Notes under the pieces: generated by a model
Told to the model about the DNA's origin: nothing
The model's input: the letters and a program-made list of their open reading frames with translations, nothing else
Database searches by the model: none
Shown: in pieces, positions 1 through 12,371 of the stretch
Numbering within the stretch: position 1 is the stretch's first letter
Layout of the letters: the number at the start of each line of letters is the position of its first letter
Program-made: the position numbers and the translations under genes
NCBI GenBank assembly: GCA_053919585.1
Contig: CM132785.1
Origin: Euprymna scolopes
Taxonomy: Eukaryota
Strand: one strand, 5' to 3'
DNA length: 64,000 nt

Positions 1-559
1 GGAACGTTTTCTAATATGATATTCTACGCAGAGTTTCCTATAACAAGGAATAAACTTTGAGAAATTGTGGAGGGGGCCAAACGTTGGGTTAACAAGGTAC
101 AATACAACTGAAATAGCAAGGACACATACTCAATTTAGAAGTTGACCACGGACTAGAGTTTAGATGAAATAAATCAAGAAAAGACGGAACTGTCATTAAA
201 AATTAAGTCAAGTTTAATGTTTATTTGTAAATTGTTTTATTGACTAAAATGTTTATCTTTTTACAAAAAATACCTAGAATTTTATGAATGAGGCGGCACA
301 AAGTAAAAATGTGTATTGGTCGTTTACTTAGTCTTTTCCTTACACTAATTTTAAGCCAGCACAAAACCACATTCACTCTATGGAGCTAAACTACTTAATA
401 TATCCCCAAATGTTGGGTTATGATGTCCAAGTATTAATAATGCATAATTTTATATCTATAAAAAGAATAAATATATAAAATGTTCTTTGAAAATTTGAAA
501 AATTCGTGAAAACAGTTTATGATATATACGAAATTGGGTTTTTGTTACAGCACTTAAAA

Positions 560-3500
560 TCATATATGCACCCGCCTCATAAACAATTCATAGGGAAACT
601 ATCAAGTACCGGGGATATTTTGTAGCCAACCTGTTTTATTACGACAAAATAGTTGACAAACTTTTGAAAGCTAAGCCTAGACAGATCAACAGAGTAGACA
701 TTAATCCTGTCGTTGCGGGCATTTCTCTCTTTAATATAGTCTTAACTATTTGACACTCATACTGCTCGCTAGCTACTTCCCAGGCCATCTTAGCTTCTTA
801 ATGTTGTCTGTTTTAACGCTAGTTAGTGCGATGCATTGGCTGTAATTGGCATAATAGCGTCTAATATCACATATGACGTTAACCCACCACCTACATCTAA
901 TTACTAAGCCCTTCTGAATATTTTCCACTAGTTGTTACCGAAAATAACTCCAGTAAGGAAGCATTGAATTCCCAGTACTGAGCTAGGCTAGGAGTCTTAT
1001 TTAAATCTAATCTGGCCACACGTAACTTATGGTCAGAATAGAAACCTGAGATATATTACGAAATCTACGTAGCCTCTTCTAACAACCGATCCAAGCCTGT
1101 ACTTGAAAGGGAGGGTGCACGAGATGTCCTCATTTATATCTCAAACCCCTAGTTATAAACACAAAAATCAGGTCCGACGGTCTGCTTTCACACTCTAACA
1201 TCCCTTCAAATTCCACCTAATCTATTCGGGAATCTAGGATCATTCCAATCCTCTAGAAAATCTAATCGCTCCGAACTACCAGGAGGTACATCTAAATGCA
1301 GAAACAGGAAACCGTCTCCGGAGCGATATTGGGTGTATAAATCGACTCGAAACACTCTAAATATGTTAATATCAGCATCCGTCACAATAAATTTACCATT
1401 AGAGCAGGGGTCATCTTACTAGAAGGGAAACTCCCCTACCTCATCGAATGCTGAAAAAAATGTCAAAATGCCCCAAAAGTACGCGATGAATATTGATCGA
1501 ATAATAGCGAGTATCTTGTAAAGCAATCACATCTAATTTGAAAGACATTAGGTCCCTCATGATTCGAGCAGGCTTACTTCATCACATCCTGCCCTAAGCA
1601 TTGAACTTTCGTATATTCAAGGACGTCTTTATTCCTACTAGTCAGTTTTAACTATCGGGTTGAAATCTTGGGAGGTCAACATCCCGAAGGATTGGTCGGA
1701 ATTGCCCGTAAGCAACTCTAAAACAAACCGTACGTCTTGAATCATGCCACCGACAGATAAACGAAAAAGATAAGTGTCAGGGTCATGTCAAACCAAGAGT
1801 GAACGCATAAAGAACCGCCAAGTGGTTGAGGAAGTCATGCCTCTCCTCGACAAACTTAACATCTAGGGTTGTCTTTTTGGCTGCTGTCGCCATGTTACAC
1901 AATCCTTTAATGAGTCATACTCGAGCCTGTTGCACAAATGTGATAATGAAGGGGACGTCGGGAAAGTTTTTCGGATCGCTGTCTGCTTTATCGAGTGATC
2001 AACCATCTTTGCCCGGCGGTGATATGCGCTTCAACATAACGCGGGTCGACATCACATATAAAATCCCTAGCAGAAAGGGAAGATCTTTGTTTTGCTCCTC
2101 CTACAACGGGAGGATAAAGCTGTTCTGCGGTTAGTAGAGGGCTACGTCTTTTCATCCCTGGACATAGAGCAGGCGCCAGCCTCGGGTGTATAAAATGGGT
2201 GGGGATTTCTGTTCAGATTCGGGGATCGGAATTTGAGGTTGTGGGGTTCTAACAGAATATAGGGTCATCTCTGTTTGCATTTCTGACTTTCTTGTGCTCT
2301 TTCTTTTCTTGGTGTTCTTTGTTGTTCTTACACCCTACCACCTTCTCTGTCGGTACATGAGTTGATGTTCCCTTCCCTTGCTGATTGTTCACCTTCCGCC
2401 TCAGAAGTATGGGGGGCTGTTCTCTTCAAGGTAGTTTACTGTATATTTAGACTTGGCTACCGTGCAAATCCCTGCTGGAGATGTGTCGACTCAGTGACAC
2501 ATTAGGAGTGGGCACTCTCCTTGCATCCGGAGTCTGCATCTTATTGTAGAAGGAGGTCGTCGGTTTTAATAACTATTGCTTACGAGACTTCACCACATTG
2601 TCCCAACTGTCTTTTGTAAATGTACCCCATTTTGTCGGTCTTAGAGGAGCGGTTAGTTTCTCCATTTTCACCAGGACAAACAGAGGCCGGGGTCTTCAGA
2701 TGGTTTTCATGAGGCCACTCTTTGGCCATTTGCCTCAGATGCTGAGAAAAGTATCCCTTCACAATTAATGACATCGTCCAGATGTTGCCCATGTGTAAGG
2801 TCGGAATTTTATTGAATCAAGTTTGGTCAAATCCAATATTCTGGTTGTAGTAACGCGGGCCACAGCGTCGACATCGTCAAACTTAATCATCACTTCGCTG
2901 ATTTGCTTGGAGTCCAAATAACAGGAATCGCCAAGAATGGAGATCTTTCCTTGCTCAAGTAATTTGGATCAAGACGTAACTTCTTCGATTTCAAGTCGGT
3001 CTTTGATAACTTTTCGGCATCATACTCGGTCCGAAACGGTACGTTTCACACGACATATATTCGTCTACAAATGTATGTAGCCGAAATTTTCATGTCCCCA
3101 AGAAACATCCTTATGTTTCTTTCTTGATCCTTGTCAGGGCTTTCGTCTTGGTATCGGTGGGCAGTCGCAGCGCACCGGATCACCTTTTCCAGTTGCCATA
3201 TCTAAAACATCGGGCCAGCAGTGTCTCATCTTAGAGGACCAACGCGGTTTTAAATACTGCTTTACTGTATGTGTGCTGGGATCAGCACAGCCAATTGCGC
3301 TACGGACTACCTCTTTTTTCTGAGCCTGCTCTTGCCTCCAGATGTTTATCGGACGCCTGTCGACCAGAAACCGAGATAGGCACTGTTCTATTAACAGAGC
3401 TCGAGTCAGAATTGCTCTAACACTCCTCTGTCTTGCTTCCGAACTCACAGCCGCCAATTCTGACGTTTACCTTGTCAAAAGCGAACCTTCAGCTGCTTAA
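560..3500 (-). mobile_element. Degraded L1/Tx1-clade non-LTR retrotransposon (ORF1 relic, APE endonuclease, start of RT region)
   Basis: Minus-strand translation gives LDVIALQDTR (1536-1507, endonuclease QET motif), YSDHK (1040-1026), YWEFNASLL (977-951) and IKQVGYKISPVLDSF.YELF (~640-580, KSPGxDG-like) in the expected order. Many frameshifts; the GC-richer 1800-3500 region is the presumed ORF1; ends approximate. Confidence 0.75.
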
Positions 3501-4029
3501 GTCGAGCAAGAGACGAGACACTAGCAAGGCACAGAAATGTTTTTAGTTAACCTGTATGAGCGTAAGATAGAGGGCGTAAATAAAACCCCAAGAATGTGTA
3601 AACAGAAAGCCTTGCATGGGCAAAAAAAAAGAAGAAATTCCAACCTCAACAGGGTCTTTGGTACAATCTTCCACACACATTTTTACTAAAAGTGCACATA
3701 AAAATACAAAGTTAATATAATCTTTACTAAAGAATCTTAGATAGTTTTATGTTAAACGAAGAGGTGACGTAAATGTTTAAATCATTACAGAAACCTTTAA
3801 CAATGTGAAGAGAAACCAATCTTTAAAAAAATCCTATTGCTAACGAAACTCTATAAAATATACACATGCAAGTCACAATGTCCTACACCGCATTTGAACA
3901 ATTCCACAATTAGCTCATTTTAGAAATAAAGCTTCGTTTCTGTTAATATAGTTTAGATGTAGACAGAGATAGAAAGTGGATGAAATTCTTTATTGTGGTT
4001 GTAGCTAGACACATGACTTTTGTGAAAAG

Positions 4030-4140
4030 GTGACCACATATTGCGGGAGCATTTTCTATGAAAATAAGGATAGAACAGGGAAGGCTCGCAACGTCTTTTT
4101 TGTGAGGTTGCAGCGAGAGAAAATAGTATCACCAACTTAC
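4030..4140 (-). mobile_element. CR1-type LINE fragment (family A, C-terminal ORF2)
   Basis: Frameshifted match to LQPLSHRRDVASLSLFYRYFHGKCS, which is seen in the other copies in this window. Confidence 0.75.
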
Positions 4141-5733
4141 TTTTAGAGGCGTTTTTTACTCCGTCAATGCCGGATAGGATTCGATCAGCTTCTGATCATA
4201 TATCGAATCTGTACTTTATTTTAGGACGTAGCTGAGGACATACATGTAGAGAATTGGGTCGAATGTCTGGTGGAAATTAAATAACATTATTTCCTACATT
4301 AATCTAAATCATTCATTTATTTCACTGGAACCTAATAATTCAGAAACAGAAAAATACAAGATGCGTTGATTAGTGAACATAGATGACATTTTATATGGGC
4401 TGAGTCGACCGATATATAATTGCGGAATTGCTTAAGTGAGATAAAATGTAACGATGTGTACTTAATGTGAAAAATTTAACGTTCGAATTTTGTACGCATG
4501 CAGCTTTGGATGAAAATATTTTAGTAGAATTTTTGTTACCCAGCCAAATAACCCCTTTGAATAATCGATTCCTTTTTTATTGATGTTTAGACTGGTCTCT
4601 CCTTTTAGTTAGCTTGATTACAATCCAGATGATTAAATGCTGATCATGGGGTCCTTATTGGTCAAGAACTAATTCTTGCTTTATCTAATTTTTGTTCATT
4701 TATGTAATCCCGCCGTCTACAAATCAACTCAAGTACCTTACCATTTTTTATAGTTAAATCAGAGATCTTAGCGCAATTCTCCTTAATATTAAGTCCTTTG
4801 CTTGCAGAAATATCCTCACATTTGGGAAAAAAACTTTATATTCTCTTGATAGCAAAGATCCACATGCGGAGGCTTATTTGCCTTTTGTTCGTTTAGTCTC
4901 TTCCATGCATCTGCATCATCTTGATTTTTCATCAAATTGTATGTACTCTCAGTCGTGTATTCTATGAATGCCAATTCATTTGTTTGAATTTATCTTTGTT
5001 GTACTCCATTGCCTGTTTGCTCTTTTTATATCGTTTTACATCTGAGTGTGACTGCCCTGTTGTTGATACTATATTCAGCCATTAATAATGTCTTAAAATG
5101 TCATCCGTCAAACTCTATCTTTGTCTTCCGTTATTTAATGCTCACGATTCTTATTAACGTTTTCACTCTCATCGTACAGATCACGCTGGTGAAATCTATA
5201 TTACCTTTTCTTTGTCTCGTGATTTGTCAAAAAATAATCACTTTCCCTACACGCTTTCCTCATAATGCCCATCAACGCCCATATATTTCTCATTTCTGTT
5301 TCTGTGTCAGATTCTATAATTCTTCTCATATTACAGTCTGATGAACATGCTGTTATTTATGTTGAGATTCATTTTACTGTTAAATCATCAATTGATCGTA
5401 CATTTTATTAAAATATATTTTATTACAGGGGGGTTGATTGGGATGGGCTTCTCAGCTTTTAATTGGCTTTCTTTAGGATGCTATATTTAAAATGACCCCG
5501 TACGCTGATGCTAAAGAAGTTACTGACTGAATTTCTATTGGAATTGACTTCTTTTATTATCATCAGTTTAAAACCATATCTCATTCTCCTTCCTAGTTTT
5601 CATCTGTATGTGCCTCTGCGATTAGCAATGGTAATCATTATTTAATCAGTATTATTCATATATCTTAATCGCATATTCTCCATGATTAGAAAACAAACGT
5701 TTTTAAAATCCTCTCCAAATACTTAATAGATAT

Positions 5734-5998
5734 GTTGGTTGTTTTTGTTTTCAGGTATATCAACCCTTTTCGGGTCATTTAATACCTAATTAAAAGATTT
5801 TGAAGAAAAAAATGTTTATAGAATACATTTTTTATTTTCAAGTCGGTTTCTATTTAACCTATAGTTGGGACCCTAACAGGTATTACCACTCCGGGTCAGA
5901 GTGGATGTGGGTGAAATAGTAATTAAAGGGTGGCTCCAGACTTCCCACATCTCTAAAAGCTGGGGCCCCACCACTGGATACAGTTTAAGGTCATATCA
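5734..5998 (-). mobile_element. Dispersed SINE-like repeat, copy 1
   Basis: Homologous to 41385-41645 (shared CCCTAACAGGTA-TACCACTCC-GGT-AGAGT and AAGCTGGGGCC blocks); ends in an AAAACAAAAACAACCAAC tail on the minus strand. Confidence 0.7.
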
Positions 5999-6414
5999 TG
6001 CACCTTCATAGATTGAACCATAGGTATTGTGATACAAAAATCACACCTTTTGTTACAAGTTTTAACTTTCTATTTTTGTGAAAAAAAATTCCTTATTTGC
6101 CATACAACAGTGCATATTGCCATTTTAATTTTGTTTAATCAAATGTATGGTACGAAAGAATGGTAGCTGTTACTGTTATACTGCCGATAAAAATACGTTC
6201 AATTAAAATACATTTAAATTAATAATAGATGTAATAATTAAAGGGTAAGAAGTCTTTTATTATGAAAAATTCGCGATTTACAACATGTTTACGTTTAATA
6301 CACGAGATAAAATGACACATTGGAACAACACATAATTACATATCAAATATATAATGTCTTTCCGAAGATCGTCTTTTATTGCTTACACTAAAAAACTTTA
6401 TACATGCCTGAAAT

Positions 6415-6997
6415 CTGATGCAATTCTCTATTTATATAATAGCCAGGAACGTCCAAGGATGGAGTACTGTTGCCACATCTGGACAGGAGCTGCTAGAAAG
6501 GACTTATCCTGCCTTAATAGAGTTCAAAAATAGACTTCGTAGCCTCGTAGGAGATGCCCTTTACTCTTCCCTGCAACCTCCATCTCACAGAAGAGAGGTT
6601 GCGAGTTTGTCTCTGAGGTATCGTTATTTTCATGGAAAGTGTTCGACTGAACTTCAGTCTATGGTCCCCCTCCCAAAATGTTCACAAGAAACACTCGTCT
6701 AGCTGAAAACACTATCAATAATCCCCCTCACTCTTTATCTGTGCATAAACCTAAACGTAGATTCCATGAACAAAGCTTCTTTCTCAGAACTGCACGCCTG
6801 TGGAATTGTATTCCGTTTTCATGCTTTTCAAGTCTAACGTAAATAAGTTCTTGATGGGCCGTTCCATATAAGTTTACAAATTTACCGAATTTCCATTACT
6901 AACGATTACTATATTGTCCAATTTCTACTGTACACTCTTTAACCCTTATCCTTGAGTGGCCTCTTGGCCTTGATAAGTGGTGATGCCTGTGTAAAAG
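6415..6997 (+). mobile_element. CR1-type LINE 3' fragment (family A) with 3' UTR
   Basis: ORF 6418-6702 contains NRLRSLVGDALYSSLQPPSHRREVASLSL; ends in CCCTTATCCTTGAGTGGC...TTGATAAGTGGTGA plus a short A tail. Confidence 0.9.
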
Positions 6998-7554
6998 ATA
7001 GAAATACAAAGGATGTACGTAACTTATGTGTTCAGCAGGTTTTTCACATCTGCGCCATTAAATGATCCAAACTAGTTTATACACCGTAAAACTAAACACA
7101 CCAAAAACAAGCGACGTTTTAAAAAAATAATTTTACAATGATTTATTTGAATGAAGAACGATGTGTTTAGACAAGTATTAAATGCCACATATTTTTGTTT
7201 TAAAATTGGTTCACATTTTATTGAAATTTAATATAACTTAGAATTAATGTACAAAGTAAGTTTTACATAAATAATCTACGTCTTAGCATGTAAAATCTTA
7301 TTCCAGCCTTCATGACCATTCACAGAAAATAACGTCAGGAAAACAATGGAATACCAGAAAGGGGGAGGATTAGAAATTGTCGATAATATTCTTCATATAT
7401 AAAGATCATAAATATTTACTTAACTTTAAATAATAAAAGTGCTCGGTTTCATGACGATACAGACCAATAAGTATTATATATAAACAAGCGAGGAAAGAGG
7501 CGAGTCAAAAATATATATATGATATTATATATGATATTTTATTTTATCTAGATT

Positions 7555-7660
7555 TTATTTTTACAAAAGAGTCACCCATTATCAAGGCCCGGAGAACCAA
7601 CCGAGGATGATGGTAAATGAGCGTATGATAGTCAATGGCGACATTTCGTAGTAGTTCGTA
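7555..7660 (-). mobile_element. CR1 family A-like 3' terminus, old
   Basis: T run followed by TCACCCATTATCAAGGCCCGG, the reverse complement of the family A 3' end. Confidence 0.55.
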
Positions 7661-8394
7661 TATATAATTCTAGAGTCAATTCTTTATCGAATATACTATA
7701 TATTTTAACCAATTTATATTCTAAGTTTGGACGGTAAAAATATAACTTTGGTGAACTCAGCTACAACAATCGATTTTTACTGTTACACTTATTTACGTGA
7801 TTAAAGTTGTTAAAGTAGAATTTATAAGTAAGAAATTGTGACACATTCATAAAAGTAAATAAACATATTTATAAAACATATTTTACGCATATTATTATTT
7901 ATTATATTTAAAGTTAATATCAGTTGAGGCTACCCCGACGGCCCATCTAATCCTATACTTCCGGCATTTACCGAAGATTAGACTGTGTTTATATGCCGTA
8001 TTGTCATTTTCATTTTGTTTATTCGTAATGGCTTTACTGAAACGGGGTTAATGTAATACGCGTTTTTAATGTTACTCTAATTTACTTATTAAAATAGAAA
8101 TTTAAAAAAAAAATTGAAAATTAGCAGGATCCGTATACCAGCGTTTCCAGGGTAGAAGTATAACAAAAAAACCACGACAAATTCAGTTAAGTAACCGCTC
8201 CCTGTAAACAAAGAAAACTACGATTACCAGCCCCATGAAATAGCGGGCACTGGCGATCGCTGCCAAAGAGAAATTATCTGGTTTCCTTTGTCATGTATTT
8301 TCTTGCACTTTCTGCTAGCAAAATCGACTGGCTTTCATTGGAAGCATTGGTGGTTACTAGCGATTAGTGTTAGTTTATGGGGTTATTTGCGGCT

Positions 8395-8683
8395 ACTGAC
8401 AAACACGAAATGCAGCTAAATCACACCACTATACAGTAGAGACCCCTATGTGTAAGAAAATCTCCTACTCCAATAGTTTCTCCCCAACAATTGCTAGAGT
8501 TTGAAACTCCCTTCCGGGATTCTGCTTTCCCAACTGTACTGACATGCAGAAGTTAGAGTGTAATGTAAACAGATATCTTGCTGCTCATCTTCCTTTAAAA
8601 ATATCCCTGCAAATTATGTCCCCGATAAATAACCCCCTACTTCAAAGTGGCACTGTGCCTTTTTTTGGGATGACAATTGAATA
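8395..8683 (+). mobile_element. CR1-type LINE 3' fragment (family B)
   Basis: TGCTTTCCCAACTGTACTGACATGCAGAAGTT...CAAAGTGGCACTGTGCC, shared with 11465-11639 and 50086-50680. Confidence 0.8.
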
Positions 8684-9125
8684 AGGAATGGACTGGTGTG
8701 TACTAATGAACACTGAATGCCTTCGCAATTGAAAATCATTGGCAGCCGTACTCAGCGTTGGCCTCCAGTGGGCTGTTTCTAACTGAAATCTTCTGTCTTT
8801 AACTTTCGTACGTTGTTAGGCACTGTCATCCCCTAGAAGTCACTTGCTGCCAATGGCAGGCGTCGAAGATAACTGACGATTAGTAGTGTTTTGAGGTGGA
8901 TATTTGCATTTACTTGCGTTTATTTGTAGTCACTGGCTGCTGTTCCAATTATATTTGTCTGTTGTCGTTGTTCACTGTCGACCAAGACTCGTATTGACCT
9001 CTATTGTACAACTCCAAAATGAAACTGTCTGCTTTCAACAGTGAGCACTAATGCTCATTGGCGTTTTAGATGGTTACTTGATCATTGTCGGGCTATAGAT
9101 AATGACAGTTCTGAGCATGTTTCTA

Positions 9126-9968
9126 CATGGTGGAACGCTCAATTTTCGCCCCTTAAAAGACAACATAGAATTTGCGTTTGATAAGCACCGGTTTTGGTTT
9201 GTTTGTACAGACAATTTACTAGTTGGCCAGTTGTTTATAAATCCCAAGAGCGATTAGAGTCTTCTATCATGTCTGAAAGTGATCCCAATGTTTAACGAGC
9301 GATAACAGAAATGCACTGCTGTAAAAGTAATGCTCTCTTATGATTCGAATTATTGCAACAAGACTATTGCCAGCATCCTCAAAATTCAAACCCTGACAGT
9401 CACAGCTCAACAAAGTTTCTGTCCAAGGTTATGGTCTTTGGTGTGATTTTAACTTATGGCCATATCATGCCACCTTACATCTTTATATTTGATTTGAAAG
9501 TCAACAATAAACTGTACCTGAATGGGTTGAAGATTGTGGTGTACTCTAGTGCAACTAGGTTGCCACTGGCAGACACTCATTGTGGTGGCAGCTAGACTCG
9601 ACGCCGACCAAACATCCAATGAGACAGGGCTTAGCTTCAGAAAGAGTGCTACAGCATTGTACCAATTTCTCACTACCTTATAACTAGCAAGACTACTTCG
9701 TTGGGTAGTACGTCGAATACATCACAAACATAATTTCCTACAACACCAACACAAGTATTCGCCGAGGCCGCGCTGGCGCTTGTGGAAAAGCGATTCTTCC
9801 AGTTCCGGACCAGTATCGAGGCGGTGATTGAGACTGAATACAGCTATATTTAAGAGATGTCAGCTATACTACATAGTTTAGCTGAAATGATTTTTTCAAT
9901 AAATTTTAAAAAATAAATCTGCAGTGTTGTTTTATTTTTTAGGGCGACACTTTTATCATTCCACTATG
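9126..9968 (+). mobile_element. Internally deleted maT/DD37D-like Tc1/mariner element
   Basis: Degenerate TIRs ta|CATGGTGGAACGCTCAATTTTCGCC and GGCGACACTTTTATCATTCCACTATG; catalytic-domain peptide KVMVFGVILTYGHIMPPYIF; homologous to 52800-53632. Confidence 0.8.
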
Positions 9969-11464
9969 CAATATTCGTCCACTGTCAACCCTTCTATAGT
10001 AGTGTCATCCAATGGTTGGTTACTGGCAAATCGTTAGATATAAATGCAGAGTCTGTAAATAAAAGCTCTTGTGTAAGGTTGTGGCAAAAAAATGGTGTCG
10101 TTGTATTACAAAAGAAAACCAGTCGAAGCAGAACTATAAAAAGTTAGAAGAAGAATTGTTTTGTTAAACAGATCGAAATCGACACTGTTAATTTATTTTT
10201 CCGTTGGATTTGCCTTGCAGAAATCAGAGTGGATTAGTTTGAGCTACTTATAGTGTGAATAAATTGTTAATGAAGCGTAAGTTTTATTACGAAAAGTCGG
10301 TCTTTTTTTTTTTGTCTATCTGATTTTCTGTTGCTGGACGACGATAACTTGTGTCCCTTATCCATTATTCCCTAAAGTTGACAAACCTACGAAATGAAAA
10401 AAGTATTATTTTGAGCTTTGCGGACGGGCAAATGAATATTTAATATATTTTTAAAAAAGCACAAACCTTATCATTCTAGTTCTCGGTACATTTGGAAGTG
10501 TAAGAGGAAAATGAATTAGTGAGTAAAAATCGTCCTTCCACTCTGATATATGAATCATTATGCTTTTAGGAATGAATATAAGATTTTATGAAACCTAATG
10601 AAAACAACTGATAATATGCGGAAGGCCTACCTTAGATATTGGCTAGTAATCTGAATATATTCCATTTATATATGGCGCTTGCGTTTGCAAGCCTATAATG
10701 CTTTTTTGAAAAAAAAAACACATTGTAGGCTCGCAAACGAAAGCGCCACATATGAATTGAATATATTCAGATTACTGATTACTGAAGTACGGTAATAATC
10801 TTTCTCCATTTTATTAAGTATAAAAATACACATTTGAGGACAAAACTGTTTTATTATAATTAAAAAAAGAATAATATAATTGAAATAGATGAATATCCCA
10901 ACGGTACTCACGAAAATATTGATGACGAACAAACATTTTCCGAGTTAGAAACTGCAAAAATAAGGAGATGACAATAAGATTTCGACGGGTTAGATGATGG
11001 TACAGATTAGATTAAAATGTATTTTCCAGCCTCAAAATATTTGACACCTCTATAAAGAATATGGCTTTTATATCGTAACTGTTTCTATTATATCCAATTA
11101 AAAATAAATATACACTCGATGCGGATTTCATTACAAAACTGAATCGGTGACCGGTGTTGTAAAATGAACATAAATATAATTTCATATTTCTGTCAATATT
11201 TCGTATATATTATTCTACACTCAAATATTTATCGCTTATTTTATATGATGTTGTACCAATGCATATTAGTGACTTCAAATGTGAAAGGTAACACTTATGT
11301 GCCATCAGGTACGATCAAAACCGAAACTAGTTTGAAAATTTGAAAAGTTAAAACGTGAGGCGTTACAATCGAAGCCATAATCCGTCGAATGAGAAATGAC
11401 TCGAAATACACTAACATTAACGTACACATCCATATATATTTGCCCATGTGTTAAATCCCATTCT

Positions 11465-11639
11465 AAGTTCCTGCTTCCCCAGGTGTACTGACATGCAGAA
11501 GTTCAAGAGCAACGTGAACCGACATCTTGCTGCCCAATTCCCAACATAGTGCCCCAGTAGTTGCTGCCCCTGATAGTAGCCCCCTACACCAAAGTGGCAA
11601 TGCGCCTTTTTTGGGGTGAACATTTAATTGAAAAAAAAA
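11465..11639 (+). mobile_element. CR1 family B 3' end with A tail
   Basis: Close match to the reverse complement of ~50101-50250; ends in GGGGTGAACATTTAATTG(A)9; the terminal ~27 bp is duplicated at 11652-11677. Confidence 0.85.
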
Positions 11640-11934
11640 GTACGTTAAATCGAACATTTAATTGAAAAAAAAGTACGATAAACGCTAGCCAAGTTGTAAT
11701 TTCTTACAATTTTGTCCCTTTAGCGACTATTTTGAAGTAAAACTCCATAAAAAAGCAGTCCTCCAAAAAACTGCAATCAGTTGAGTTACCCTAAACTGCT
11801 CCGTAATCTTCCATCTTGGAGGATATACAGGTTGAAAAAAAAAACGAGCCCAAACAGAGATAGTTGGCTATATATATTCGATTACTGCTATCAACACTAT
11901 AACGTATACTGTTTTTAACATATTCGTTTTTATT

Positions 11935-12371
11935 ACATTTTAACCTCAAACAAGGAACAACACACCTGTGATGCAGGGGGCTACTATCTGGGACATGAGT
12001 TGTAGGGATACAATGTAGGGAGTTAAGTAGCAAGTTGTCTGTTCACATTACACTTGATCTTCGGCATGTTAGCACCGTTGAGAAAGCAGGAACCCGAAAG
12101 GAAATTCCAAAGTCTAGAAGTTCAAAGGGAAAGAAACTATTAGAGTAGAAGGCTTTCTTACATCTAGGGATTTCTATTGTGTAGGGTGGGAGTTTGCTGC
12201 TTGTCTAATTTGTCAGGAGTAATTATCTCGAGCGGTACAAAGGCTAGTAATTTGTCGGAGCGTTCGCCATTAAATTACTTGTAAAACAGGCAGATGTATG
12301 CAAAATTTCCTCGATGTGACAGGGGTTAAAGGTTAGAAGACAGTCCAGGACCTATCATGTTGGCAACTCTC
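11935..12371 (-). mobile_element. CR1 family B 3' fragment, diverged
   Basis: Colinear with 50100-50530 (GGGGGCTACTATC, GTTCACATTACACTTGA, TTACATCTAGGGAT, TACTTGTAAAACAGGCAGA). Confidence 0.8.

Noticed and set aside
4440-5450. Possible very old RT-element relic on the minus strand
   Set aside because: No motif could be read with confidence.
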